Shown one piece after another: positions 13,301-27,867 of a DNA stretch of 64,000 nt (position 1 is its first letter; the number at the start of each line of letters is the position of its first letter). Made by a program: the position numbers and the translations under genes. The DNA comes from Octopus vulgaris. Its lineage: Eukaryota. The stretch lies in NCBI GenBank assembly GCA_951406725.2, contig OX597822.1:9114001-9178000 (forward strand). The letters are read 5' to 3'. The notes beneath the pieces were generated by a model. It was given only the letters and a program-made list of their open reading frames with translations. It had not been told where the DNA came from and searched no databases.

Positions 13301-14598
13301 AGGACACTCGGTAAGAACTGCCCCCTGATTTGAAAACTCTCATGAATTAAACTATCGAATTGAATCGCGTAATTCCGTTTCTTCCCGGTGAGCGCTCCTT
13401 GGAGAATAATGAAATCTGCAGAGGTGATTAAAGTATTTTCTTTTCTTGTAATGCACATGTTAATCAGGAAAGAATTGGAAGATGGCACGACCTATGCAGG
13501 TCACAATAATACAGTAGGTGCTTAGCTTAGACATCTGGGGGTGAATATTTCCTATCTGCCCTAAAATACAGGGCGGATAGGTATCATGCTGTGATATATG
13601 AATGCAGACATCAAAGTGAACTCTGTGATTTTGTTTCTACTGTTTTGTTTTGCAAATTATTCCATCCACGACCATTCCATTGGAATGAGACTACACATAA
13701 CTAAACTATCTTATGTATTCTAGCATTACTATTTTTACAGAACATTAGTGTTTCTGGAGTATTAAGTTACTATTTCAAGCAGGTTAGGCAATCATGTGAT
13801 GACTCCCTATTAATCTAAGCAGCGTGGGTTGTCACATATAATACAAGAAATATTCAATGTAGCCCCAGGATGCAACGTGCTATGGAATTTACCATTCCCA
13901 TTCCCATTCAGAATATTCTAAAGAAATGTTAAATGACATTTCTCTGCGAAAACCGTATTGAAATTTTATTAAAAGTAATGTTTCATTATTAGTTTTCAAT
14001 TTCTTTATTTTTTCTGTTTTCAATGAATTAATTTCGGCAGACAATCAAACTATTTAATTTTTGACCTTGCATGTTCACACACAAAATCATGTCTTGATGT
14101 CTGTCAGTCTGTGTGTCCCGTTGAGAAGAATCACCTGCGGCATCGTGTTCTTTAGGATGAAGAAATATTTGTGAACATTTGCACAAAATCACAGACAAAC
14201 GTGAGCTTCAAAAACCAAACGAAAACATTTTATAAACCAAACAAATTTCCAAAATTCTTCATTCTGCGCTTGTTCCATAGTATTGAAATGTAAATATTTG
14301 TTCACCAAAATAGTTTTACATTTTAATATTTCAAAAAGAAACACACATTTTTGATTTTAATTAAAATTTCCTCCACACCTAGTATTTACTTTTTAACTTT
14401 AATTCTGTAACAGGCGAACGAATGGCTGTGTGATGGAGATGCTCGCTTTGCAGTTACGTAGTTTCGAGTTTAGTTCCTCTGTGTGGCACCTTCGACAAGT
14501 GTCTTATACCATCGCATTGCACTGACCTCGGGTTTAACAAGCGATTTTGTTGACGGAAAGCCCGTGGGATGGATAAATAGATAGATAGACAGATAGAC

Positions 14599-14652
<54 letters not shown>

Positions 14653-14681
14653 CTAGATAGATAGATAGATGGATAGATATG

Positions 14682-15774
14682 TTTCTTTATTAGCCACACA
14701 GGGCTGCACACAGATAGAACAAATTACAAGGTAGAGCTTTTCTTTTGAAGGTTAAAAAAAAAAAAAAAAAAAAAAAGGAAGGGGAGTTTCGATCAAAAGG
14801 GATCGTAAAAGGAGAGAAAGAGGACAAAAAAAAAGGGGGGTTAAAAAAAGGGGGAGAGGAAAAAAAAAAAAAAATGATCAATAGGGATCGTTATCACAGA
14901 AATGTCAATATGAAGTGTAAAGGGGAGGACAGGTGAGGTTTACCCGTGGAAAGAAAAGCCTACGGAAAAGACCACGGTAACCTCGGTCAATGAAGTCACA
15001 TTTTATATTTCTTTTTTTTTTTTTTTTTTTTGCAAATAAGCAACTCTCTGTTTTCGATTTCTGGGTTCATAGGACTATGCTCAAGGTGGCTTCGTCATTC
15101 ATACGTGCCATTCTTGCTACATTCACCCATCTTTTTTTAAAACATTCGCTAGACAAAACTTGCCTCTCTACTCTCACTTTCCTTTTCAAGTGGTACTTGA
15201 AAAAGTTGATGAGAGATTGACCAGAGAGGAAAGTCTTTGTCTCCAATCCTTTCAGACGCGTCCACCAGATACATTCCTTCGCCATAGCCACAAGGATGAT
15301 GAAAATAGCTCTTCCTTCCCGTTTGAAGGAAGGAGGCGTGACAATATTGACGATAGACTCAGCTGATAAACCGACTCGTCCCACACGTGACAGCAGTTGT
15401 TCGACATAAGCCCACAGGTCGGAAATTGTTGGACACTGAACGAGTGCGTGCAGAACGGTTTCGTCGCTCTGACCGCATCTCGGGCAGGTCGGCCCCGTGT
15501 TTCTCGAGCCGTGTCTGTAGAGCTTATCCCGAACGGATAGCGCTTCTCGGTAGCACTGCCAGGCCAGGGATCTCTGGAAGTTGTCCATGGGCCCTGGCCC
15601 GAAAGTCGTCCTGAACAGGCGGGTCAGGTACTCCTCGTCGACGTCCAGGTTCGCCCCGAGCTCGTCGTCGTACCTCCCCTCCACTAAACCCCTATAGAAT
15701 GCTTTGGTTGTGTTGAAGTCACTTAAGGTCGACCCAGGACGGCAGAGTTGCTTGAGAGCAACGCGACACTCGCG
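14682..15774 (-). mobile_element. 5'-truncated Tx1/L1-clade LINE (zf-RVT and C-terminus, 3'UTR) inserted in (GATA)n
   Basis: ORF 15067..15684 has CPRCGQSDETVLHALVQCP..W..IWWTR; AATAAA just before the (ATCT)n junction; GATA tracts on both sides. Confidence 0.85.
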
Positions 15775-16260
<486 letters not shown>

Positions 16261-16850
16261 TACGCGTGTGTGCGCGTCCGAGCGTGATTGAGTACCGGCG
16301 TGTGCGCTTGTCTTTGTGCCACCCTCATGTCCATTCTTGACAACTGCTCTTTGTTTAATTCTGAAACCTAATTGGTCGGCAAGAAGAAAAAAAAACTGAT
16401 ACCATAAGTACAAGTTTAAAAAACACATAAGCACTGGGGTTGATTTGCCGATTAAAACTCTTGAGGACGATATCCAGGTTTGGGCGTAGATCAATGAATG
16501 GATCAGTTAAAATAGAAAAGACAATACCAAGGTTTAGCAAATTAATTCTTTAGATATATGTACAAGAAAACATTGCTTTCCTTCAACTTGATTGCAGAAT
16601 ATACATGATGCCGATTCGTCTGACAAAATGTTATTGGTATACATTATATGAAATATGATATTCATATTCATTTTATTGAATGATTAAAATTGACGAGAAA
16701 CTGCAAGGATATAGAGATAGCAAAATTAATCGCAAGAAATACAAGTGAGAGTACATAACAAATTTAATCAATAAATTATTTAATTAATATAATGTAGAAT
16801 CGAACTGGAAAGTATGTGTTAAATATGCTGTTTATATATAAACCTGACCG

Positions 16851-16921
<71 letters not shown>

Positions 16922-17225
16922 ATATCATTGCACATTTGCAAAAACTTTTAAAGTTTTTTTGTGTGAAATAAATATGGCGGGAAATCGTAAAGGAGGTCGA
17001 ACACTTTAGTGTTGATTTCAACGTGGTTAGTCATGTATAACTACTAAGAAAAACATTCGTAAAACTTAACTTTGGTATTCCTTTCACTTTTAAATACACA
17101 CCTACTTGCACATATGTACTCACACGCAGACACACACATACACACAGATACAAACACTTGCATACATTCATACACACATATGTGAGTACGTATGCCCACA
17201 CGCAAGTCTATTATATATCTATATA

Positions 17226-17436
17226 CGAAGGGAAGCCGAAATTTCTCTGGTTAGGGGTAAACGAAAAGACGGGAGAACGTGTTAATTATGATTTTGTTTC
17301 AACGTGTTCCCTTCTCAGATTCATTCACACCAATCACAGATTTGTTCTAAGCCCTGTAAAAGAACTCTGAAAATTGGGCCTCCATCCAGGTCTTTCGCGA
17401 TACCCTTAAATCCGGGAACTTTTCGGCATCCCCTCG
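17226..17436. mobile_element. Mariner-type MITE
   Basis: TIRs cgaagggaagccgaaa / tttcggcatcccctcg with TA on both sides. Confidence 0.7.
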
Positions 17437-17817
17437 TATATATGTGCCTATGTGTGTATGAGTATATCTATGTATATGTGTGCATATGTATGTGTGTATG
17501 TATGTACTTACGTATGTATGCATGCATGAATGAATGTATGCATGCATGCATGGATGTATGTAAGTATGTATGTATGTATATATGTATATATGCATGTATG
17601 TATGCATGTATGTATGTACAAATTAAACGCCTGTACTTAGTTTCGAAGCGAAATTACCAAAATTTAATTTCTTCAAGTTTGGATGAGAATCGAAACAAAG
17701 GATTCTATCGTAATACATCGAGTATGACGAGTGACTCTGAAGAGGCCCACGGCGATTTCAAGGTGCTTGAAGAGCGGCGACGAAAATCTTTGAGACACCT
17801 TTTGCAATAAATAATAT

Positions 17818-18003
17818 AACTTAGCGGTTCGGCAAAAGAGACCGATAGAATAAGTACTGGGCTTACAAAAGAGACCGATAGAATAAGTACTGGGCTTACA
17901 AAGAATAAGTCGCGGGGTCGAGTTGCTCGACTAAAGGCGGTGCTCCAGCATGGCCGCAGTCAAATGACTGAAACATGTAAAAGAGTAAAAGAGTAAAAGA
18001 GTA
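17818..18003 (+). mobile_element. 3' half of SINE family A with a ~37-bp tandem duplication
   Basis: aaaagagaccgatagaataagtactgggcttaca occurs twice. Confidence 0.85.
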
Positions 18004-18355
18004 ATATACATACACAAATTCACGTACAAACGCACGCATTTACACATATATACATATATAAGTGCATGTGTGCGTGCGTGCGTGCGTGCGTGTATGTGTG
18101 TAGATATATGTAGGTGATAGTACAATTATAGGTTTGATAGATAATTATAAGTATGTGTGTGTGTGAGTGCATTCCAGCCTTATCATTTAATTGCTTCAGT
18201 CACTGAACTGGGAACATTCTAGGGCATCGGATTAAAGGGTTTAGTCCAACATTTGTCAAGCGATGGTGGGAGACGAACAGAAACACAAAGAAATACGCGC
18301 GCGCACACACATGTACACACACAAATACACACGTATGTACACGAACACACACACG

Positions 18356-18413
<58 letters not shown>

Positions 18414-18420
18414 TATATAT

Positions 18421-19920
18421 TTAAATAGATGAGTGTATTTTTACGTTGTTAACAATAACACGGAAAAAATAAATGAATAGTTACCAGGGCAGCAAAAATT
18501 TCACAAGTAAAGGTGTTGTAACTCCTTGTTTATAAAGGTTGAAACTTCGTGTTTACGTTGAATATTTTGAATAATATGAATAAAAAATGGAGTTAACGCA
18601 GGTGTAAACAAATATTTTTACTTTCGACACACGTTTCGAAAATTCCACTGATACTATTCAAAAGAATAAATGGTATAAACAATGCAATCTTCTCTTCGGG
18701 AAAGTGAAAAAAACGAAACTCGTCATTAAGACATTTTAGCAAAAAATGATGGATTTGTATAGCGATAGACAGAACGCTATTAATATTGTCTAAAAAAACG
18801 TTATATGATATAACGTCATAAGTAGCTTACAGAAAGAGTAAGGATATTAATAGTGAATGTTAAATATAAAGGAAATTAAAGTTTACATTATATATAACGA
18901 TAGAGACTACTTATATGCACTAAATGTATGTTTTTGCCAATGCTTACATCTGTATGCTCATTCTATAACCGTGTTTACTAGAGTATTTTTAGAAAAAATA
19001 ATGAAAAATAGCTCAGAATTGCAGAGAAGACAGAATTTCTTGCCTTTGTCATATGGTATCGAAATTGAGAGGATCAACCATTCTAAATAAAATTGTTCAT
19101 TGTGGTCTTTTAAATCCCAAATCAGTTTGCTGAGACCGGTACTATTCCGTTTATTTCTATCCCTAAATGTTGAGTAATGGATAGAAATTCTTTTAGATAA
19201 CTCTAACGATGTGCTTCCAATGTAAAATCGTACTTTATTACGAGTACTGATTATACACTGGTATATAGAATTTTTAATCTTAGAGTTACTTGACATAAAT
19301 TTAATTCTATTGGAATTGACTTCAGATACAATAATCTTGTTATTAATATTTCTAGAGGGTTGGATGGTATTAGCTAAATTAATGTTAGTATTAGTAAATG
19401 TATTAATATTTAACAGTTTGTTATTATGAGAAGATATAATTTCGATACCATATGACAAAGACAAGAAATTCTGTCTTCTCTGCAATTCTGAGCTATTTTT
19501 CATTATTTTTTCTAAAAATACTCTACACGGTTATAGAACGAGCATACAGATGTAAGCATTGGCAAAAACATACATTTAGTGCATATAAGTAGTCTCTATC
19601 GTTATATATAATTTAAACTTTAATTTCCTTTATATTTAACATTCACTATTAATATCCTTACTCTTTCTGTTAGCTACTTATGACGTTATATCACATAAGG
19701 TTTTTTTAAACAATATTAATAGCGTTCTGTCTATCGCTATACAAATCCATCATTTTTTGCTAAAGTGTCTTATTGACGAGTTTCGTTTTTTTCACTTTCC
19801 TGAGGAGAAGATTGCATTGTTTATACCTTTTATTCTTTTGAATAGTATCAGTGGAATTTTCAAACCATGTGTCGAAAGTAAAAATATTTGTTTACACCTG
19901 CGTTGATTCCATTTTTTATT

Positions 19921-19925
<5 letters not shown>
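18421..19925 (-). mobile_element. Penelope-like element remnant with GIY-YIG endonuclease and inverted terminal repeats
   Basis: NSIYQC..FYIGST..KRISIH..LSKLIWDLK..CLLCNSE in ORF 18958..19503; arms ~18575-19062 and ~19438-19925 are inverted; flanked by (TA)n. Confidence 0.85.
18620..18705 (-). ncRNA. Type I hammerhead ribozyme motif
   Basis: actttc-CCGAAGA-gaag..tttc-GAAAC-gtgt-GTC-gaaagt; mirror copy at 19794-19879 has CTGAGGA but a broken GAAA. Confidence 0.65.
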
Positions 19926-19972
<47 letters not shown>

Positions 19973-20073
19973 AGAGTAAACACATAAATGTGAAACAAGG
20001 TGGAAAAAGAGTACTCAAATACCAGTGGTAGAGTAATATGCTTTATTTATAGCAGCAGAAAATTCAACAAAAC

Positions 20074-20111
20074 CTGTTACTCTGAGTTTCACGTTCCCGT
20101 TCGTCGGACAG
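20074..20111 (-). ncRNA. Minimal type I hammerhead ribozyme motif
   Basis: ctgt-CCGACGA-acg ggaa cgt-GAAAC-tcaga-GTA-acag. Confidence 0.7.
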
Positions 20112-20127
20112 TTTTTGCTAGAAAAAA

Positions 20128-20165
20128 CTGTCCGACGAACGGCAACGGGAAACTCAGAGTAACAG
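20128..20165 (+). ncRNA. Mirror hammerhead motif with weakened stem II
   Basis: ctgt-CCGACGA-acggcaacgg-GAAAC-tcaga-GTA-acag. Confidence 0.55.
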
Positions 20166-20197
20166 GTTTTGTTGAATTTTCTGCTGCTTTAAATAAA

Positions 20198-20241
<44 letters not shown>

Positions 20242-20449
20242 CGAGCTTGTACACTTTCTGCCATCATTACATCAGAGCGAAAGTTTGGACTGTTTTTAAT
20301 TGGTACGTTTTAACATGTAATTCTATTTCCCACGTGACTGAAACCTATGGCATATTTTCCGAAGGATGACAGGAAACACATCTTTCTCTGTGCGATAATT
20401 GCGTGGATACTTTATTTCTACTGATTTTACACTAAAAGTGGAGATGTAT

Positions 20450-20860
20450 GAAAATGTGATACATTTTCGTCATTTGAAACTCTTTTCCTTCCGTATTAAT
20501 TACAAACTGCTATACAAACGTGAAAAATGTATGGCTAGGGTGACATAACTGAGAGGACATTTTGTAAATATTTCACTAGGTTTAGTGGGGAAATTTTAAT
20601 CTGGAAGACCGTAAAATGTTCAGTGATGATGACCAAAACGAATAGATAACCAAAGATAATCCACGTCACACGACACGAGTCATCACACAGACACTCTACA
20701 AACTAGAAAACAAAATTAATGGACCATATTTCGATCTGCAATTCTCTGCTCAAACGCAATAAAAACAACCCATTTTTGAAACAACGATCACAGGTGATGA
20801 AACGCAGCTTCATTACAACACTGTACAGTGAAAGAGATTCTGAAGAAAATAAAATGAACT
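20450..20860 (+). mobile_element. Mariner transposase relic
   Basis: ICNSLLKRNKNNPFLK..ITGDE..HYN remnant. Confidence 0.65.
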
Positions 20861-21240
20861 ATCTTTAATCGTGTTTCCTTCCAAACCTGTCAGAAATTGT
20901 AATAGGTTAGCTGAGATGGTCTAACTATACCCGTTAGACTCATCCAACGCCTTCCGAATCCTCTGATTGACACCCAAACACTCTGAACTGTTCGTATTGG
21001 AGCTTTCAACGCAAATGCCAGGCCGTACACCATGTCGCTTCTAAAATTCTGGCAGAGTGAATTGCGTCATTGTGCTGTTTTTCTCGTAGACGGTGTCCAA
21101 CTGACCCCACTATACTGTGTATTCGACAAAATCTAAAACAAACAATGTGCATTCGCAAAATTTAAAATATGAGATGTTGACAATTTAGCCATCGCACATT
21201 GTATATATCTGTATGTATAGATGTATATGTTTTCTATATG

Positions 21241-21295
<55 letters not shown>

Positions 21296-22874
21296 CGTGT
21301 GTAAGATATATTAACCATTTAAAGTTTATTTCTTGTCTGTGTTTATATATACATGTGTGTGCGCGTGTGTCTGTGTGTGTATGACATATTTATGCATGTA
21401 TGTGTATAATCTTTTAAGTAAACGTTGTGATGTGATAATAAAACTGTGTTAATCTAATGGTACCAATTACTTGCTTTTCATTTTGAACCAGTACAATTAT
21501 CTGAGATTTACAGAAATTTACAGAGTTAAGTAAGCAAAGTGCAATAGTTTCAATTATTAACATATAATGGCAATATATCACTTTATTGAAGTTTTAGAAA
21601 TATTTATTTCTTTTCATCCGTGGGTAGCATCTGCATGATCACTCAATCTGCTAAAGATAGTAGTCCCTTCTCTTTCAAATCATTCCGTTCCATTGGTAAA
21701 CATGAAGTGAAAGCATACTTACTTCACATTTGAAAATGGATGGAGTAGCTAGAGCATCTTTGATCATAGCTCTGCTTAGTTATGGCTTACTTAAGCAAAC
21801 AACTGGAGAAACATGCCACCCTCGTGTAAGAGATAGAGGGACATTGGAAAGCCGTGACACGAGGGTGTAATGAAAGTATAGATATACCACGGAGGGGAAA
21901 ATGGAAATCGCCAACCACTGAGAGGGAAGATCAAAATAATAGCTAGAGTGCACCTCTGAAAAATTAGAAAGCTTAAGGACACAGTGCATAGGCTAGGACA
22001 TAACAACCTCCTAAGCAGGCCGAGTGCAGAGATGTATACAATATGGGAACCAATAATTAAAGAAAAGCTCAGACTGTCACAGCAGAATACATAGACATAA
22101 GTTTTATAAGTCCTTAAAATTCACTCTGGTACTGGCCTACAAGGATAGCGTAGTAAATAAAGACCTTTGATTAATGCAGTGCGGTCACCTAGAAGTTCTG
22201 AGATCAATCCCAGACAAGGTACTAAGTTAATTCACAAAAAGGAAGGACAATGGATCAAATAAGGTGTTAGGTCCGTCACAGGAGATCTAAAGAAGGATAC
22301 AGCAGCCGAAACGTAGCAACAACCAGTCCGACTAATATATTTAGTCTACATAATATATATTCCTCTTTTTACTCTTTTATTTGTTTCAGTCATTTGACTG
22401 CGGCCATGCTGAAGCACCGCCTCATCTCAGTAAAATAGAAGGGTAATTTATTTTATTGACGTTATATCCTTTGTTTGTTGTTTTAGATTTTTAAACACTG
22501 TGAAATTACGATTTGTCAAATTGCATAGATAATGCCAGTTAATCCGTTTTCTTCAACCTACTTATATTGCATATATGAAACTACGCCGTTTGTGTTTAGA
22601 ATGTAGAAATATCCGCTGAGTTATTAGTTTTCCATTAAATTCTTGGTGCTAAAATACCTTTAGTCCACCACTCCGTCATGCCTATTACACCACAACGTAA
22701 CTGTTTAAATACTGGCTTGACGGATATATGTGTTGTTGTCTTTCGAATGTTATTTGTATTATAACGAAACTCATTTCATTGTAGCGTTTTATTGTTTTGT
22801 GTCTCTCTTCTTTCTCAACTAGTTTTGTTTATTGTTTTGGGATGTTAAATGAATTTTACTTCTTTTCAGACATA

Positions 22875-23570
22875 CGATAATGGAGTGCCAAGAATAGAAT
22901 AATATCGTTTTAAACAATTGTTTCTCTTTGCTTTCAATCAAGGTTCCAAATCTATCAAAGCCACTCGAAATATTTGTGCTGTGTATAGAAAAGGAGTTAA
23001 GATCACAAAGATAATTTCCATGGTCCACAGAGGGGAAATTCAGGATTGTAGACTTTTAGTTCTGGCCGACCAGTTCAGTTATATGAAGGTCGATGAAACG
23101 AGCCTTTACATGAGGATCCAGGCTAGCCCACTTGAGAACTGGCCCAGCATATGGGATGTTCTTATGATTTCGTCGTCGGTCACCTTCACAAACTGGTAAA
23201 GTCCAAAAACTTAGTGCTTGGGTGCCACAAACTCTGACAAATAAGTCAAACTCTAGCACTTTTCTATCGAACAACGTATTTCATATTTGTGTATAAAACG
23301 ATATACTCCAATGAAATGACACACACATACACACATACACGAACACATACACACAAACACACACACACACACACACACACATACACTCACAGCTACATAT
23401 ATATAGTTTGCCCGATCAACAATAAGCTATTTTTGAATACAAAGATTTCTTTACTGTGTCACCAGCGATGAAGACTGGTTTCTTTACTTCAGTATGAAGC
23501 AGAGGAAAGAATGGTTGAGTACCGTCAATAAATCTACAGCTCGGACTAAGCCAGAACTGCATCCATGCAT
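22875..23570 (+). mobile_element. Mariner transposase relic interrupted by (CA)n
   Basis: AWVPQTL (WVP motif) and VTSDEDWFLY..RKEWLS..KPELHP. Confidence 0.7.
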
Positions 23571-23764
23571 CACAATATGTATTCAATGGCCTTATTTATG
23601 ACTAAAATTTATATCTTAAAAATTATTTAATGCATGCAGCCTGAGAATTATTTTAATGATCACGTGTCTATGGAGTACTCAACCACGTACGTGTAATTTC
23701 TCAAGTAGAAATTAGTTGAACGAACAACTGAGCATTTCTTAACAGCCGACGGAGAACCCTTTCT

Positions 23765-24209
23765 GGATCTTTTCGGTTTGACCGGCAGTTTTTTCTAGCG
23801 GTGTCATATGAACTTGTCACTCATAATTATGACCCTAGTATCAATCTATTGCATTTCAATCTGTTTTAGGGTTAGGGTTAGAGTTAGGGTTAGTTAGGGT
23901 TAGGGTTAGGAGTGGAGAGAAGGGTATCTTTTTTCTTCAGAAATGTAAATAAACCCAATCTGTTTCTTAAACGAGGGACATATTCATACGGCACAGAAGG
24001 ATTTCACCTCAATAGACGTCATTGATTGGTTGAAATTGCAGAAATTGATGAAAAAAAACAACAAATATCTTGCAAACTATAGAATTTTCTCAATAAAGCC
24101 AAGAGAAAAAGATGTTTTATAAACACATTCTACAAGTATACGAAGTTTAAAAAGTGTTTAGTTACGTGGAAATTATTTTTAAAAACTGCCTGTCAAACCG
24201 AAAAGATCG
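23765..24209. mobile_element. Non-autonomous DNA transposon, Merlin-like, with internal TTAGGG repeats
   Basis: ~29-bp TIRs starting GGATCTTTTCGGTTTGAC; 8-bp TSD ccctttct/cccttttt; TTAGGG tract 23866-23910. Confidence 0.8.
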
Positions 24210-25019
24210 CCCTTTTTGTTTTGTTTCGCATGAACACGTGAGAATTGAACTCGTAACGTAAAGATACATAATTCAATACTTTAATGTATCTTAGTGTAGT
24301 GCGTCTAAATTTTTACCACTCCACCACCGTAGTAACATTAAATCTATTAATTAGAGCGTCTGTAAGTGGATGCAATGTAAATTCTATCTCTTATTGACAG
24401 TGCTGCGTTCATCCTAACTTTAAAAACCTGTTATGAATACATAACTTCAAATATCATTCAAACTAGGTGAATAAGAAATTCGAAGAAAAAAGAAACTCAC
24501 ACACACATACACTCACACACAAATGTATATGTATGCACACATACACATATATATAAATATACAAAGAGATAGTGTAAGAGAAAGAGAGATACATACATGT
24601 GTATGTACATAAATTTATTACATACACATATGTATATACTTATACGTGTATACGAATGCATATATGCTTAAGTAATAAAATTGCCAAATTTATAAATTAA
24701 AAAGTTTGGATATCAAAAAGAACTTATCGAAATTAATTTAATACATTGATGCAGTTTTGATATTGATTTTATCACAGACAAATATTTGACCAAATACAAA
24801 TAGCGCTCGCATATTTTACACCAATCTGATAGATTTCACCGAAAATAAATAATTTTATATAATAATCATTATTTATTTTTTCAGCTTTAATCATTTCCAC
24901 CAATTCAAAATGTATGTTACCAAAATCCCACAAAATTGTTCTACATTTTTCTTTCCTTATTTCCCCATTCTTTATTCATTAATGTGAGTATATATGTAGG
25001 TGTATGTTTGTATATATAA

Positions 25020-25057
<38 letters not shown>

Positions 25058-25699
25058 ACATATATACGCATGTATGTATGCATATATGTAAAGAAGCAAA
25101 GAGGAAGAGAAACACAAGACACACATGTGTATATAAATATGTATATATATTTGTGTGAGTGCGTATATACATATATATAATTACGTAGAGGTGTATCTTT
25201 CTGTTTGTGTGTGTATGTGTATATGGGTGTATGTGTACGTAAAGAAAGTGAAAAAGAAAGAGAGAGGGAAAGAAAGAATTCAAGAGAAAAGAAATATGGT
25301 AATTTGTTATAAACTTTTAAAACCAAACACAAATACGTGAGGCGTGTTTTTCCACAAAAGTATAAAAATATTCAATGAAAATATTGAAAAATCAACACTT
25401 TTCTTATCTCAAATGTTGTAAATTTTCTGTATATATATATATATGTGTGTGTGCGTGTGTGTGCGTGTGTATATGTATGTGCGTGTGTGTGTGTGTGTAT
25501 GTACGTACGCTTTAATGTTGAAAACATTAAAGATGTTTGTGAAATATCAGTAATTCGATCGAATATATAGCTTCCTCCATTTATTTAAATGATGAAGAAT
25601 ATATGTTAATCCGTATATATTTATGCACGTATGTATATAAATTAAGATGATTCTATACCGCTAATGATATCACTATACTTATGTTAGTAATGGTATTTT

Positions 25700-26960
25700 G
25701 TAGACTTGTCTATCTCTACTTGAGTGTTCTTATTTAAAACCTCAGGGTAGCCATGATTTAACGAAACGAGTAAAGTCGGCCAAACCGTAATCATTGCGCC
25801 TTGACTTCGTGTACTATTTCTCGCGTTTTGCAATTATCTAATAGGTACAGATATTTTTCAGATAGTAAGATACCTACTAAATACCTTATCAGCAAATGAG
25901 ATTAGGATGCCTCTAGACATCCGCGTTGTTATAGGAAGAATCAATTGTGACATATCACTGTGGATGATATCACTATCAGTACTATATCAAAATGTCTGCA
26001 TAACATTGCCTCCCCTAACTCAGTAACATTGTCGCTAAGACTGCCTTTAATGCTATACACACGAATGTTTATATTGACGGCTATACAAGAGGGACACCAG
26101 AAACAGAGAATAGCCACGCCTTTTGAAATAAAAAGGACACTGGTGGAATGTTCCAACAGGAACAGTAATCCATAGTAAGCACAACAGGGCATATATATTT
26201 GTAAGAGAGAGGGAGCGGGGAAAATGAAAGCATCTATGGAGAATTGATGAGAAACTTACACATATCTGTATGCAACATACCCAGGGATATAATCACAAAC
26301 CGTTTTAAACAAAAGATCTTTGCTACTTTGTTAATAACTGGCTCGAATTATGCAAATGCAAATACTAAAATTAAATTTCATAGAACCATACAAACATAGA
26401 TACATGCATACCTACCTACATACATACAGACAGATAGACAGACATATCCAGTATCCAAGATACGTTTTTAGTTTCACACCATTAGTGGAGCAACAGGATA
26501 CATACGAGCCTATCTGCAGCAAAATATGCCTGAACTTCAGATTTTGAGGAGAAAACGCAAATCCTTATTTCATACACTGCAAATGATCACGATATCTGAG
26601 ACCATAAAAATATGCATAACCTTCTTAAGAATGATGGTTAAAACAAGATATTTTCCATCACAATTTTGCCACCAAAAAGGAGATCGGTCAAACTTTACAC
26701 TTTACAATTAAAAATGAAAGAGAGCATAGATATATACATATATACATATATACACAAGTACGTACTACATCACACACACATGCCTATTATTTTTGGATCC
26801 ACAGATTATACATCAACCAATGTGGATCAAAGTATAACTGATCTTGGATTTACGGAGAAAGAACGTAGTTCCTTAATTCATAAGCTACAAATGGTGACGA
26901 TATCTGAAATCTTCAAATTTTGCATAACGTTCTTACTCTCCAAAGGATAAACACTTATAC
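25700..26960 (+). mobile_element. Decayed RLE-type LINE with two tandem 3'-end remnants
   Basis: LTAIQE, ESIYGELMRN, PIIFGSTDY..LG..LIHKLQMVTISE..CITFL; the last motif occurs twice (26540-26640, 26850-26945). Confidence 0.5.
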
Positions 26961-27085
26961 TAGAGACTATGACAATTCCATCTCCTTCAGAACCTTGTCC
27001 CTGGGAATGTGGTCGGTCAGAAATAAACTAAAAATGAAGAGAAATGCATGCGTGCATCAATACATGCATACGTGTGTTGTAATAA

Positions 27086-27392
27086 TCTTTATATATAAAA
27101 TTGAAGTTGTGTGTGTGAGACTCTGTCTCCTCCGATTTAGATTCCTAACTTCTCCCACATTTTGCTGTGCAGTTTAACCAAAAGCGGGTATCTTATAGTC
27201 GTCATTCATATCGAGCCCTTCTGGGTATTAGCGCGCGTCTACGATGAGTCTACGATTAAAAAAACAAATTACCATCATTTTTCCGCATTTTTAATGATTT
27301 TTGCTAGGGTTATATAAGGAAAGTGACTCTCTAAAAACGCTTATATAGTTATTTCCCTTACAAACCCGAGCAACGTCGGGCGATACTGCTAG
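27086..27392 (+). mobile_element. Non-autonomous Helitron
   Basis: 5' A|TC, 3' CTAG|T, subterminal hairpin cccga..tcggg about 10 nt before the end, no TSD. Confidence 0.8.
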
Positions 27393-27867
27393 TAATTACT
27401 AAATACAGGCTAGTAACGTTTTGGCAGAAAGGGGTTAATCTATTTAAGTCAATCATATTTATTTCCGATTAAAGCTATACCTTCGACACTTGACTATGAA
27501 AAGCAAAGGTAATATCAGTGGGAAAGGAATTTGAAACGGAAAGACCCGAAAGAAACACAGCGAGGCATTTTACCGTCTGTCCAAGAAATCTATAAACTCA
27601 ACGGCCCTTTTTATTGATTTAGACACAAGGCCAGCAATGTTGGGGATAAATTACTTTATCGACTCTGAATGAAAGAAAAGCAAAGTTCACCGAGGCGAAA
27701 TTTGAAGTTAGGCGCAGGTGAGGCTGCATGTTCCCAACCACATGTTTTTGTATTTGGTCTCACACATGTGGCACCTTAGGTGAGTGTCTTATACTATAGC
27801 CTCGATCCGACCAAAGCTTTGAGAGTGGGTTTTTGGTAGACGGTAACTGAAAGGTGACTAGCTGGCT

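Noticed and set aside
17630-17800. Two HHR-like strings (TTGAAGA..GAAACTAAGTA on minus; CTGAAGA..CGAAA on plus)
   Set aside because: Stem I does not close convincingly in either
23866-23910. TTAGGG repeats as a telomere or chromosome fusion site
   Set aside because: Short, degenerate and enclosed by TIRs with a TSD
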